The notes under the pieces: generated by a model
The model's database searches: none
What the model saw: only the letters and a program-made list of their open reading frames with translations
What the model was told of the DNA's origin: nothing
Program-made: the position numbers and the translations under genes
Source of the DNA: Fidelibacterota bacterium
GTDB lineage: Bacteria; Fidelibacterota; Fidelibacteria; Fidelibacterales; Fidelibacteraceae
Assembly (NCBI GenBank): GCA_034660515.1
Contig: JAYEJI010000183.1
Coordinates: forward strand, 1 to 58,519
Length of the DNA: 58,519 nt
Reading direction: 5' to 3'
In this document: positions 1 to 9,194 of the stretch, one piece after another
Position numbering within the stretch: the first letter of the stretch is position 1
Layout of the letters: every line of letters begins with the position of its first letter

Positions 1-44
1 CTCTAACGCATAAAATAAAATTAGTTCCGAAAACTTGATTAAAA

Positions 45-136
45 GTAAAGAGTAGAGAAAAAGGAGTAAAGAGTAAATATTTTCTTCTACTCATAATTCA
101 TAATTATAACTTTCCCTATACCCTATACCCTATACC
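45..136. repeat. Period-7 low-complexity block (GTAAAGA/GTAGAGA family, then CTCATAA/TTCATAA, then CCCTATA x3 at 114-136)
   Basis: Direct reading: gtaaaga gtagaga aaaagga gtaaaga gtaaata ... cctatac cctatac cctatac. The heptamer register holds over about 90 nt. Confidence 0.7.
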
Positions 137-235
137 ACATTAAACATTGCATTCATATACTTTTCATCACTATATTTTTATGAAAGAAAATATCAGAATA
201 ATATTGCATCGATAATCCAAGTTTCAGGAGGGAAA

Positions 236-1156
236 ATGAAACGCTACATCGTAATATTAAACCCTATCGCCGGAAAAGGTCATGCGGAAAAACGCATACC
301 AGAGATCGAGGCTTTCTTTTTTCAGCATAAGCTGGAATATGAGATCGTATTAACCGAACATCCCGGTCACGCAATTAAGCTCGCAGAATCTTATGCCCAA
401 ATGGAAGATGTTATCATTGTTGCCGCCGGAGGGGACGGTACCATCAATGAGATCATTAATGGACTTATGCATGCCTCAGAAAAAATAAAAGACAGAATAC
501 CGGCTTTTGGCGTTTTAGCGATCGGTCGTGGAAATGATTTTGCTTTTAGTGCTAATATTCCTGTTGGTTTAAGTGAAGATCTACTGCGAATTAAAAACGG
601 GAAACCTGTTCCCATGGATGTAGGAGAAGTAAAGGGCGGCGATTATCCCGATGGACGCTATTTTGGAAATGGTTTGGGTATTGGTTTTGATACTCTTGTT
701 GGCTTGGAAGCTGCAAAGATGAATAATGTCCACGGATCTGCAGCTTATGCTTTAGGCGCGATCAAAACTCTGATCAAATATCCTGCCGCACCGGATCTTG
801 ATATTTATTATGGAAAGAAAACCGTCAGTATCTCACCTGCACTTGTTTCTGTAATGAATGGTCGCCGACTGGGTGGATCGTTCTTTATGGCCCCCAAAGG
901 AAAAATGAATGACGGTCTTTTTGATATATGCATGACAAAACAAGGCAAGAGAAGAGAATTACTTTCTGCTATGATTGCTTATACAAAAGGTACTCAAGGG
1001 GAACGAGGAGATACAATAACCGGAAGAACTGAAAAGATCACAGTGGAAGCACTTTCAGGAACACTGGCTGTTCATGCCGATGGCGAAACCATTTGTAAGG
1101 CAGGGAAGCGCCTGGAGATCATAAATCATAAGCATGCTTTGATGATCATCGAGTAG
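236..1156 (+). CDS. Diacylglycerol/lipid kinase family protein (YegS/BmrU-like)
   Basis: 306-aa ORF with a caggaggg RBS just upstream. It has the DAGK catalytic-domain signatures ILNPIAGKG and VAAGGDGTINE. Confidence 0.8.
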   Translation: MKRYIVILNPIAGKGHAEKRIPEIEAFFFQHKLEYEIVLTEHPGHAIKLAESYAQMEDVIIVAAGGDGTINEIINGLMHASEKIKDRIPAFGVLAIGRGNDFAFSANIPVGLSEDLLRIKNGKPVPMDVGEVKGGDYPDGRYFGNGLGIGFDTLVGLEAAKMNNVHGSAAYALGAIKTLIKYPAAPDLDIYYGKKTVSISPALVSVMNGRRLGGSFFMAPKGKMNDGLFDICMTKQGKRRELLSAMIAYTKGTQGERGDTITGRTEKITVEALSGTLAVHADGETICKAGKRLEIINHKHALMIIE

Positions 1157-1269
1157 TGATCAATATTTCCGTTTAATACCCAAAAATAAATACTTCCGTA
1201 TTTTTGGTAATTTGTTATATATTTTATATGAAATAAATTCATTCTTTTCGGGTAATAAAGAGGTTCATT

Positions 1270-3441
1270 ATGAACAAAAAGGAAACTCTGACTTATACAT
1301 ATACCTTTAATATGAAACGCTTTAAATTCACATTGATTTTAGCGGTCCTGGCATTGTCAATTTTATGGGGAGATCCTCATATCGACAGTCTTTATAGAGC
1401 TATAGAGAATTACCATGGACTTCCCGGTATTGAAGCTCGTTTGGAAATAGCTTTTGAAATGAAAAAATCCGACTTCGAAAAAGCTGATTTTCAAGCCAGA
1501 AAAGCCTATATGGGAGCATTGGAATTAGGGGATATAGACTTGCAGGCAAAGGCCATGTATTACCTTGGCTTAACTCATTATTTTAACGATAAAGCCGATA
1601 CGGCATTGACCTATCTGGATCGTTCGATGAAGCTATACAGAAAAGAAAATAATTACGAACAATTGGCAAAAGTACTTTGTGTGATCGGTTCAAATTATCT
1701 TGGTGTAACCGGTGATCAAAGCCAAGCTATCGTTTACTATAATGAAGCCCTTGTTTATGCAAGAAAAGCTGAAAATCATAGAACAATGGCAATAATCTAT
1801 TCACAATTGTCAAATATTTTTAGAATGAACGGAATCTATCAGCGGGCAATAGAATTTATTTATAAATCTAAAGAACACTATAAAATCGCCGGATTTCATG
1901 AAGGAGTTGCCTGGGTCTCGTACTCCATTGGACGAATCTACACGACAATGAGTTTATACAAAGAAGCACAAAAAGAATATATCGAAAGCTTGGAACAATA
2001 TCGTATGTTACCGGAGAGTGTTAGTTCTTTAAACGGTGAAGCTATTTGTCTTAACGAACTGGGATTAACATATCTTGAGCTGGGTAATGCCGATTATGCC
2101 CGACAATATAATTTGCAAGCTCAGAAAATATATTCCAGTATAAACTCTGAAATCGGTATGTCTAATACACTAAAATATTTGGCAAGGATCGAACATAGCT
2201 TTGGAAATTATGAGGAGGCTCTAAAAAATCTGGAGAAATCCAGGAAGATCAAAAAAAAGATCAACGATGTTTTAGGTTTTCCGGGAGTATATGATCTATA
2301 TGGGGAAATATTAATAGATCAAAAGAATTATAGAGCAGCGATCGACAGTTTGAATGTGGGATTAAAGTATGCTACTCAAAACACTCAGAAGAATAGTATC
2401 ATGAGCATGAATAAAAAGCTTGCTGAGATCTATGCCGAGATCGGTGAATTTGAAAAAGCTTATACTTACAGGACTACGCAGTTTGCGATCGTTGATTCAA
2501 TCCATCAATCCAAAGTCACGCGCGAATTGACTCAATTGGAAGCTTTGTATGATCTTGAGATAAGAGAAACCAAAATACGGGAGCTTGAGCGCGAAAAGCA
2601 GATCAATACAATAAACTTAGAACGTGAAATAGCGGTTAAGAACCTGTTGCTGATCATATTAGCTATGACCATTGTGTTCAGTTTCTTTTTTATAAAATTA
2701 TTTTTCTCAAATCGTCAGGCGAACGAGACATTACAGAAGAATCAGAAGCAATTACAGGAACTTAATGCAACAAAGGATAAATTCACTTCAATCATCGCTC
2801 ACGATCTTAAAAGTCCCTTTAATACCATATTGGGCTTTTCCAGTCTACTTGAACGCTATAGTGAGAAGAAAGATTTTGAGAAGATCAAAGAATTCTCCGG
2901 ACATTTACACCAAGTTTCCACACAGACATATAAATTACTGGAAAACTTATTGGAATGGTCCCAATCCCAAACCGGCAAAATAACGTTCACTCCTAAAGCG
3001 TTGGATATAAGGATTCCCATAAAAAATGCAGTTGATCTAATGGCTCCGGCGGCAAAAAGAAAACAAATAGAGATCATCAGTGATGTGTCAACTATTGTGG
3101 TATTGGTTGATGAAAATATGTTGCATACCATCTTGCAGAATCTGCTCTCAAATGCAATCAAGTATTCACATCCCGGTGGAAAAATATTTATCAAGGCGGA
3201 AGAAAAAAGCGGGACACTCAAACTAAAGATCAAAGATGAAGGCGTGGGAATGGGAACAGACACAATACAAAAACTATTTCACATTGACGAAACCGTCAGT
3301 TTACCCGGAACGGAAGGGGAAAGAGGTACCGGGCTTGGTTTAATACTTAGCAAGGAGTTTATCGAACGGCATAGAGGTGAAATATCAGTGGAAAGTGAAA
3401 AAGACAAGGGTAGTTGTTTTATCGTCGAATTACCACTTTGA
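1270..3441 (+). CDS. TPR-repeat sensor histidine kinase (membrane-anchored, coiled-coil linker)
   Basis: 723-aa ORF with an aagagg RBS 6 nt upstream. The N-terminal half has repeated TPR-like A..Y..A/G..Y motifs and there is a TM segment (LLLIILAMTIVFSFFFIKLFF). It has an H-box (FTSIIAHDLKSPF), an N-box (LLSNAIKYS) and G-boxes (DEGVGM, GTGLGL). Confidence 0.85.
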   Translation: MNKKETLTYTYTFNMKRFKFTLILAVLALSILWGDPHIDSLYRAIENYHGLPGIEARLEIAFEMKKSDFEKADFQARKAYMGALELGDIDLQAKAMYYLGLTHYFNDKADTALTYLDRSMKLYRKENNYEQLAKVLCVIGSNYLGVTGDQSQAIVYYNEALVYARKAENHRTMAIIYSQLSNIFRMNGIYQRAIEFIYKSKEHYKIAGFHEGVAWVSYSIGRIYTTMSLYKEAQKEYIESLEQYRMLPESVSSLNGEAICLNELGLTYLELGNADYARQYNLQAQKIYSSINSEIGMSNTLKYLARIEHSFGNYEEALKNLEKSRKIKKKINDVLGFPGVYDLYGEILIDQKNYRAAIDSLNVGLKYATQNTQKNSIMSMNKKLAEIYAEIGEFEKAYTYRTTQFAIVDSIHQSKVTRELTQLEALYDLEIRETKIRELEREKQINTINLEREIAVKNLLLIILAMTIVFSFFFIKLFFSNRQANETLQKNQKQLQELNATKDKFTSIIAHDLKSPFNTILGFSSLLERYSEKKDFEKIKEFSGHLHQVSTQTYKLLENLLEWSQSQTGKITFTPKALDIRIPIKNAVDLMAPAAKRKQIEIISDVSTIVVLVDENMLHTILQNLLSNAIKYSHPGGKIFIKAEEKSGTLKLKIKDEGVGMGTDTIQKLFHIDETVSLPGTEGERGTGLGLILSKEFIERHRGEISVESEKDKGSCFIVELPL

Positions 3442-3468
3442 ACATTTAATAATTTATAGACAGATATT

Positions 3469-3500
3469 AAAAGGGGGCAATGACAACCGCTCCCTTTTTT
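3469..3500. terminator. Bidirectional intrinsic terminator between convergent genes
   Basis: aaaaGGGGGC-loop-GCTCCCtttttt. A GC stem with one G-U pair is flanked by an A-run on one side and a T-run on the other. Confidence 0.55.
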
Positions 3501-3525
3501 AATTATCTTTTAAATAATTTCAAAT

Positions 3526-5910
3526 TTAGTTTATAATTTTAAACACATAACCTGAATAGGGTTTTACCTGAATATTGAACGTGTTTCCATTCAAGTTGTC
3601 TTTTTGTATTTCAGGTGAGTCATTCAGACATTCCAAACTACCAACATTGAGTTCTTCCGGCAATGTAATATGGATCTCTTCACTCAAGTTTTTGCGAAAG
3701 ATAACTACAAGGATCCGTTCATTGAAATCTGACCTTAAATAGGCATAAACTTGTTTATCTGCTCTTATTGTACTGTAATCTCCATAGCGTAGAGCCGGAT
3801 GTTTAGAACGCAATGCCGTCATAACTGAAATATATTTTTTCAGCTCTTTCTGGCGCGAATTCCAGGTCCAGTCCATTTTGCGACGATTATCGGGATCTGC
3901 ACCTCCGGTTACACCGACCTCATTTCCATAATAGATCACAGGGGGGCCCGGAATGGTCATGAGATAGGTCATGTACATCTCTATTTTATCATATGTAGTC
4001 AGGTCATCGATCTGAATATTTTTTTGCCAGCCTATTTCCTGGGCGTCATCTCCCCAATCAAGATCATGTTCAAGATATGCCGGGTAACGGGGTTGGTCAT
4101 GACTATCCATTAAATTAGCCATAAGATGATTTTGACCGTAAATGTCAACAATCCGTTCCATTTCGGTCGCCAAACTTGAAAAACTGGCATCTTCCATTGC
4201 AAAAGCGTAGCGGGCGGGCCAGTAAAGATTAAAATTAAACTGAGCCGATAATTGTCCATTGTTTACATAGGAATGGATCAGAGAATGATCACCAAAAGTC
4301 TCCCCGATCTGAAAAATATCTTTATCGGGAAATTCTTTTCGAATCTCTCTTGTCAGGGAACGCCAAAAAACATTAGGGACATGCTTAACGGCATCATGGC
4401 GGAAACCGTCAATATTATAATTCTTTATCCACCAAATTGCATCCGCGACCATGGTATCCACTGCTTCAGGCGCATTGGGATAATCAAAACTAGGCAAGTA
4501 GGATTCAAACCAAGTGGTCAAACGATATTCATCAAAAAGCCGCAGGTTCTTTCTGCCGTCCGGCAGCACATACTGTCCAAACCACTCAGGATGATTTTGG
4601 TAATAAGGGTGTTCTTCATGGACATGATTTGATACATAGTCCATTAGTAAATGAAGATCGCGTTTATGAGCAACTGTTACCATAGTGTGAACATCATCTA
4701 AAGTTCCATAATGAGGATCTACATCTCTCCCTGAAACCGGCCAGTATCCATGATAACCGGTGAACATTCTATGAGGAGGGGGTGTTTCATGGAATGGGTT
4801 GGGGGTGTTTTTAACAAAGGGCAGTATCCAAAGAGTGTTAACGCCCAGATCATTAAAATACCCTTCATCCAGCTTATAGATCAAGCCCTGAAGGTCACCG
4901 CCATGGAAATTTACCCTGTCTGCCAGTTTAGCATGTAGAATTGGATCATCGTTCCCCGGATTTCCATTATAAAAACGATCCACCATAAGTGAATACATTA
5001 TTGCGTCCTGCCATTTGAAATCACCTTCGTTACCGGCCGGTAAACCATTTTCAAGAATAATCTCTGTCAAATTTGAGGTCGTTATATCACTGGTCCATGC
5101 AAAACGAATACGACGAGAGGTTTGAGCCATTTTTTTTGAAACACGCAATGAAACCACACCATCTGAAACTTTTATTCTTGAAGCGGAGATACGATGATTA
5201 TCGATCATAGCAACCATGTCATAATGGGATATATCACCTATATAATCGTTTTTCAGAACATGAAATTTCAGACAAAGGTCATTTTCCTCTTTGAAGCTTT
5301 CAGGTGTCAGAAAAGGACGGATACCGCTAAAGTCGGGTAAAACTCTCAAAGGTGAATTGAAACCACCCAGGCCATTCGGAACCGAATTGGGATTTGAGGG
5401 ATCCAGGATCTCTTTACCATCAACAGCAAAAAGATATTCGTATTGTCCGGGTTCGAACGGAATTGTGATCGAAAAATTTCCATCATTATCTTTTGTCATC
5501 CACAATCGATCTCTCAACCAAAAGTTAAAATTACCGAATACGCATACTTTTTCAACTTCCCAATCCGGTATATAGGTGAAGGTAATATATTTACGTTCAA
5601 TAACCTGAACAGGAAGTTCATACTTATTGTTATTAAACATAAATGTAAGAGTCGTATATCCTGAGAATTCCCTATCAGCTTGAATAGTTAATTCATTTTT
5701 GTTATCCGTAATACTGACCTCAAGATGAGGATGAGATCTGAAAGATAAACTACTGTAATCGTCAGCATAAAAAAGATCTTGTACTGCAATGCCGGTAACA
5801 TCACCACTGAATACGAATTGCACCGGAATGATATCCAATTGCGGTACCGGGTTTACGCTGCATCCAATGAGCAACAATAAGATGAAAATAAAAAGGGATA
5901 ATCTTTTCAT
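3526..5910 (-). CDS. GH13 alpha-amylase family glycoside hydrolase, lipoprotein
   Basis: All four GH13 conserved regions are present: DYVSNHV, GFRHDAVKH, QIGETFG and LMDSHDQPR. I place the start at the internal Met (MKRLSLFIFILLLLIGC, a lipobox) because an AGGAG RBS precedes it. The ORF-track start at 6009 adds 33 unlikely residues. Confidence 0.85.
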   Translation of the reverse strand: MKRLSLFIFILLLLIGCSVNPVPQLDIIPVQFVFSGDVTGIAVQDLFYADDYSSLSFRSHPHLEVSITDNKNELTIQADREFSGYTTLTFMFNNNKYELPVQVIERKYITFTYIPDWEVEKVCVFGNFNFWLRDRLWMTKDNDGNFSITIPFEPGQYEYLFAVDGKEILDPSNPNSVPNGLGGFNSPLRVLPDFSGIRPFLTPESFKEENDLCLKFHVLKNDYIGDISHYDMVAMIDNHRISASRIKVSDGVVSLRVSKKMAQTSRRIRFAWTSDITTSNLTEIILENGLPAGNEGDFKWQDAIMYSLMVDRFYNGNPGNDDPILHAKLADRVNFHGGDLQGLIYKLDEGYFNDLGVNTLWILPFVKNTPNPFHETPPPHRMFTGYHGYWPVSGRDVDPHYGTLDDVHTMVTVAHKRDLHLLMDYVSNHVHEEHPYYQNHPEWFGQYVLPDGRKNLRLFDEYRLTTWFESYLPSFDYPNAPEAVDTMVADAIWWIKNYNIDGFRHDAVKHVPNVFWRSLTREIRKEFPDKDIFQIGETFGDHSLIHSYVNNGQLSAQFNFNLYWPARYAFAMEDASFSSLATEMERIVDIYGQNHLMANLMDSHDQPRYPAYLEHDLDWGDDAQEIGWQKNIQIDDLTTYDKIEMYMTYLMTIPGPPVIYYGNEVGVTGGADPDNRRKMDWTWNSRQKELKKYISVMTALRSKHPALRYGDYSTIRADKQVYAYLRSDFNERILVVIFRKNLSEEIHITLPEELNVGSLECLNDSPEIQKDNLNGNTFNIQVKPYSGYVFKIIN

Positions 5911-6085
5911 ACAATCTCCTATGGGATCTATCGGTCTGTTTTTAGTTTGTGAAAAATAAAGGATTAATGATTTATAAACAATATAAAAGTTAGCATTTAT
6001 ACTATACACGTCAAGCTGTTCAATTCAAAACAATGGCTTTTGTTCTAATTATTGTTTATACTTATCCAACACACAGGAGAATAAA

Positions 6086-6967
6086 ATGAAAATCATTATT
6101 GACAGTACTTGTCAACTTGAACCCCAACTAATAAAAGATCTGGACCTGATCTTGATTGACTACCCTTTGTACCTCAATGGGGAAGAGTACGAACATCATT
6201 GGGATATGCCGAATATCCGGGAAGAAAAAGAAAAGTATATTGAATCGATACGTGATAAAAACAGTAAAGGATCTACATCGGGTATTACTGAAAAAGCATT
6301 CATTACTGCTTTTGAATCATGTAAAGGTGAAGAAATCCTGTTGATCACGCAATCGATAAACAACACGAAAGCTACCGGCAACACACTAAATAAGGTTTTA
6401 AAAGAGCATCCTGAATTTAATGTAAAAGCTTTTGATACCGAGATACTGGCTTCTGGAGTTGGAGCTCAAGGCCTGGCCTTGCTACGCGAATTAAAGAAGA
6501 AAAAAATGACCCGTGATGAATGTTATGATCTATTAGTGAAAAACCGTGCCAATGCCTATGTTGTTGGCGTTTTATATGATCTTTTCTACCTCCATCGCAG
6601 CGGACGTATAGGATTGGCTAAAGCAGCTTTGGCAACAGCGATGGGACTTTATCCTTTGCTTTCTTCAACACCTCAATCAGGTGTGCTAAAATCCACAGGG
6701 AAAGTAAGGAATTTTAAGCAGGCAAATATTCGCTTTCTTTCTGCCATTAAAGAGCAGATGAAAGAGAGAGAAGGTAAAGTTCTTACTGTTACCATGGCCT
6801 ATACATTTGACCATGATAAAGAATGTTTACACATGAAGGAATTGCTTGAAAAAGCAGCAGAAGAATTAAACTGGGATCTTCAAGTTGATATAAATTATAC
6901 TAATTTTTCTCTCATACCCCACATGGGACCTGATTTCTACGAAATGGGATATGTAATTGGAACTTGA
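6086..6967 (+). CDS. DegV family (FakB-like fatty-acid-binding) protein, divergent
   Basis: 293 aa with a caggag RBS. DegV-like landmarks are MKIIIDSTCQL, FDTEILASGVG, YLHRSGRIG, a ..PLLSS..G.L...GKVRNFKQA segment and a C-terminal HMGPDF. It is a paralog of 11013..11894. Confidence 0.75.
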   Translation: MKIIIDSTCQLEPQLIKDLDLILIDYPLYLNGEEYEHHWDMPNIREEKEKYIESIRDKNSKGSTSGITEKAFITAFESCKGEEILLITQSINNTKATGNTLNKVLKEHPEFNVKAFDTEILASGVGAQGLALLRELKKKKMTRDECYDLLVKNRANAYVVGVLYDLFYLHRSGRIGLAKAALATAMGLYPLLSSTPQSGVLKSTGKVRNFKQANIRFLSAIKEQMKEREGKVLTVTMAYTFDHDKECLHMKELLEKAAEELNWDLQVDINYTNFSLIPHMGPDFYEMGYVIGT

Positions 6968-6970
6968 AGA

Positions 6971-7005
6971 TCGTAACTCGTAACTCGTGACGCGTGACTC
7001 GTGAT
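6971..7005 (+). repeat. CGTRAC heptamer array (5 units) starting 3 nt after the DegV stop codon
   Basis: tcgtaac tcgtaac tcgtgac gcgtgac tcgtgat. Each unit carries TAA or TGA. Confidence 0.85.
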
Positions 7006-7020
7006 GCAAAGAATATTTAC

Positions 7021-7192
7021 CCCGAGCTTGGTCGCCTGCCGGTCGAAGTTTCAACGAAGACTGGAGGAGTTGAATTAACACGAATGCCCGGTATGAAATG
7101 CCGGGTTATTGGAATCATTAATAAATAACAACCCCAAGCTTATCGCCTGCCGGTCAAAGTTTCAACGAAGACTGGAGGGATTGAATAAGCAG
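7021..7192 (+). repeat. Two copies of a roughly 60-nt direct repeat with a 111-nt period, each with a hairpin-forming 36-nt core
   Basis: The cores at 7032-7067 and 7143-7178 (tcgcctgccggtcRaagtttcaacgaagactggagg) differ at one position. CCTgCCGGTC can pair with GACTGGAGG around a conserved 14-nt loop. Confidence 0.75.
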
Positions 7193-7356
7193 CAACTTTT
7201 TTATTCATTATTGAATATTTCGACGTTTAATTTATTAATCTGTTTTAGTAGTACTAAAGATTTAACACTTGTAAAAATAACCTCATTATAATAAATTGGG
7301 CGGGATTATTTTATAAGTAGTATTTATAAAATAAAAAAAAGCACAGAAGGGAAATT

Positions 7357-8157
7357 ATGGGTTACAATTCTATTGTTTTAGTCAAACAAGTTCCTGATAC
7401 TGCAAATATTTCCGGTGATGTAATGAAGCCGGATGGAACGGTTAACAGAGCAAAATTACCGGCTATTTTTAATCCGGAAGACAAAGTTGCTCTGGAACTT
7501 GCACTTCAGGTAAAAGATCAATATGGAGGCAAAGTAACAGCTGTTACAATGGGACCTCCTAAAGCTGCAGAGCTTTTAAAAGAGTGCCTTTATATGGGGG
7601 CTGACAATGTTGTTCTGGTCACGGACCGCAAATTCGCCGCAGCTGATACTCTTGCTACATCTTATGTATTAAATAAAGTTATTGAGAAAATTGACAACTT
7701 TGATATCATTTTTGCCGGAAGGCAAGCCATTGATGGCGATACTGCTCAAGTTGGACCGCAAACAGCTGAAAAACTTGGATTACCGCAAATAACCTATACG
7801 GAAAAGATACTTGAATTGAATAATGGAAATATCAAAGTTCAAAGATTAATTGATGGTGGTCATGAAATTCTGGTATCTAAATTACCTATTCTTTTAACAG
7901 TGATCAAAGAGGCATCAGTTCCGCGTCCTTTTGGTGCAAAACGTGCAATGGCTTATAAAAATTATGTTCCGCCGCAACTTACAACCGAGGATCTGGATGT
8001 GGATCTTGAAAGATGCGGTCTTCCCGGTTCGCCAACAAAAGTTCATAATATTGAATCTGTTGTTCTCTCTGCCGGGGACCATGAAAACATTGAGCCTACA
8101 AAAAATGGTTTAGGACAATTAATCGATAAACTAATGAATGATCATATTTTCGGGTAA
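7357..8157 (+). CDS. etfB: Electron transfer flavoprotein, beta (small) subunit
   Basis: 266 aa with VKQVPDT near the N-terminus, MGPPKA, and AGRQAIDGDTAQVGPQTAE. Confidence 0.9.
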   Translation: MGYNSIVLVKQVPDTANISGDVMKPDGTVNRAKLPAIFNPEDKVALELALQVKDQYGGKVTAVTMGPPKAAELLKECLYMGADNVVLVTDRKFAAADTLATSYVLNKVIEKIDNFDIIFAGRQAIDGDTAQVGPQTAEKLGLPQITYTEKILELNNGNIKVQRLIDGGHEILVSKLPILLTVIKEASVPRPFGAKRAMAYKNYVPPQLTTEDLDVDLERCGLPGSPTKVHNIESVVLSAGDHENIEPTKNGLGQLIDKLMNDHIFG

Positions 8158-8165
8158 GGACTATT

Positions 8166-9185
8166 ATGGATAAATTATCTCATGAAGTTTGGGTTTATAT
8201 TGAAAAAAAGAATAACAATATAGCTGACGTTAGTCTTGAGCTTCTGTCTAAAGGAAGAAAACTGGCGGAAAAATTAGACGGAACTTTAAAATCTGTTATT
8301 ATTGGTGATGATCTGGAAAAATTAGCTAAGCAAACATTCAATTATGGAGCTGAGGAAGCTATTGTAATTGAACATGCTGATCTGAAACAATACAAAACCA
8401 TGCCATACAGCAGAATTTTAAGTGAATTGGTAAAAAAACATCAGCCGCGCATTATACTTTTTGGAGCTACTTTTGTTGGCAGGGATATTGCCCCACGAGT
8501 TGCATCCAATACATTGAGCGGATTAACTGCGGATTGTACGGATCTTCAAATTTCTGATGTGACATATATGAAAAAAGAATATCCGAAATTGCTGTTGCAA
8601 ATACGTCCGGCATTTGGCGGTAATATTATAGCTACAATTATTACACCGGATAATCCTGTGCAGATGGCTACTGTACGTGAGGGTGTAATGGAAATGTCTA
8701 CTCTGGATAAACCTGTTGATGGAAAAATTACCAAAGTACCCTATCATGCAGAAGAGATCGATAAGCTTATTGAAATTATTGAGCGGCATCAGGAAGAAAG
8801 TAAAGTTAATCTTAAAGCTGCACCAATAGTTGTTGCCGGTGGTTATGGTATAGGCTCAAAAGAGAATTTTAAATTGCTAAAAGAATTGGCTGATCTGATA
8901 GGTGGCGAGCTTGCAGGAAGCAGAGCGGCCGTAGATGCCGGGTTTATTGAGCACGAACGTCAGATAGGACAAACCGGTGTTACAGTACGTCCTAAACTTT
9001 ATATTGCCGCAGGTATTTCCGGTGCTATTCAGCATAGAGCCGGTATGGATGAATCCAATAAGATCATTGCTATTAATATTGATCCCGATGCTCCGATATT
9101 TGGAGTTTGTCATTATAAAATATTAGGCGATGCAATGGGAATTATACCTGCCTTTATTGAAGCTTATAAAAATAAATTGAAGTAA
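8166..9185 (+). CDS. etfA: Electron transfer flavoprotein, alpha (large) subunit
   Basis: 339 aa, starting 8 nt after etfB. The C-terminal FAD-binding region reads VVAGGYGIG...GSRAAVDAG...QIGQTG..V.PKLYIAAGISGAIQH.AGM. Confidence 0.9.
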   Translation: MDKLSHEVWVYIEKKNNNIADVSLELLSKGRKLAEKLDGTLKSVIIGDDLEKLAKQTFNYGAEEAIVIEHADLKQYKTMPYSRILSELVKKHQPRIILFGATFVGRDIAPRVASNTLSGLTADCTDLQISDVTYMKKEYPKLLLQIRPAFGGNIIATIITPDNPVQMATVREGVMEMSTLDKPVDGKITKVPYHAEEIDKLIEIIERHQEESKVNLKAAPIVVAGGYGIGSKENFKLLKELADLIGGELAGSRAAVDAGFIEHERQIGQTGVTVRPKLYIAAGISGAIQHRAGMDESNKIIAINIDPDAPIFGVCHYKILGDAMGIIPAFIEAYKNKLK

Positions 9186-9194
9186 GAGGATATT

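Noticed and set aside
5911-6009. N-terminal extensions of ORF-track starts: 6009 for the GH13 gene, 24184 for partner 1, 39393 for the PII-like gene, 41456 for M23 and 42135 for the bactofilin.
   Set aside because: In each case an internal ATG with an RBS gives a proper signal peptide, lipobox or family-typical N-terminus. The extensions overlap the upstream gene or lack an RBS.
7021-7192. Possible CRISPR array. The repeat contains GTTTCAAC...ATTGAAT-like ends.
   Set aside because: There are only two copies, the period is 111 nt rather than about 60-75 nt, and the repeat unit is about 60 nt with flanking similarity. No cas genes are in the window.
7109-7291. 60-aa ORF between DegV and etfB.
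   Set aside because: It spans the second copy of the 60-nt direct repeat, has no RBS, and has a low-complexity composition.
7262-7292. Possible promoter for etfBA (TTAACA ... TATAAT).
   Set aside because: The -10 is perfect, but the best -35 candidate needs a 19-nt spacer. That is too uncertain to list as a feature without TSS data.
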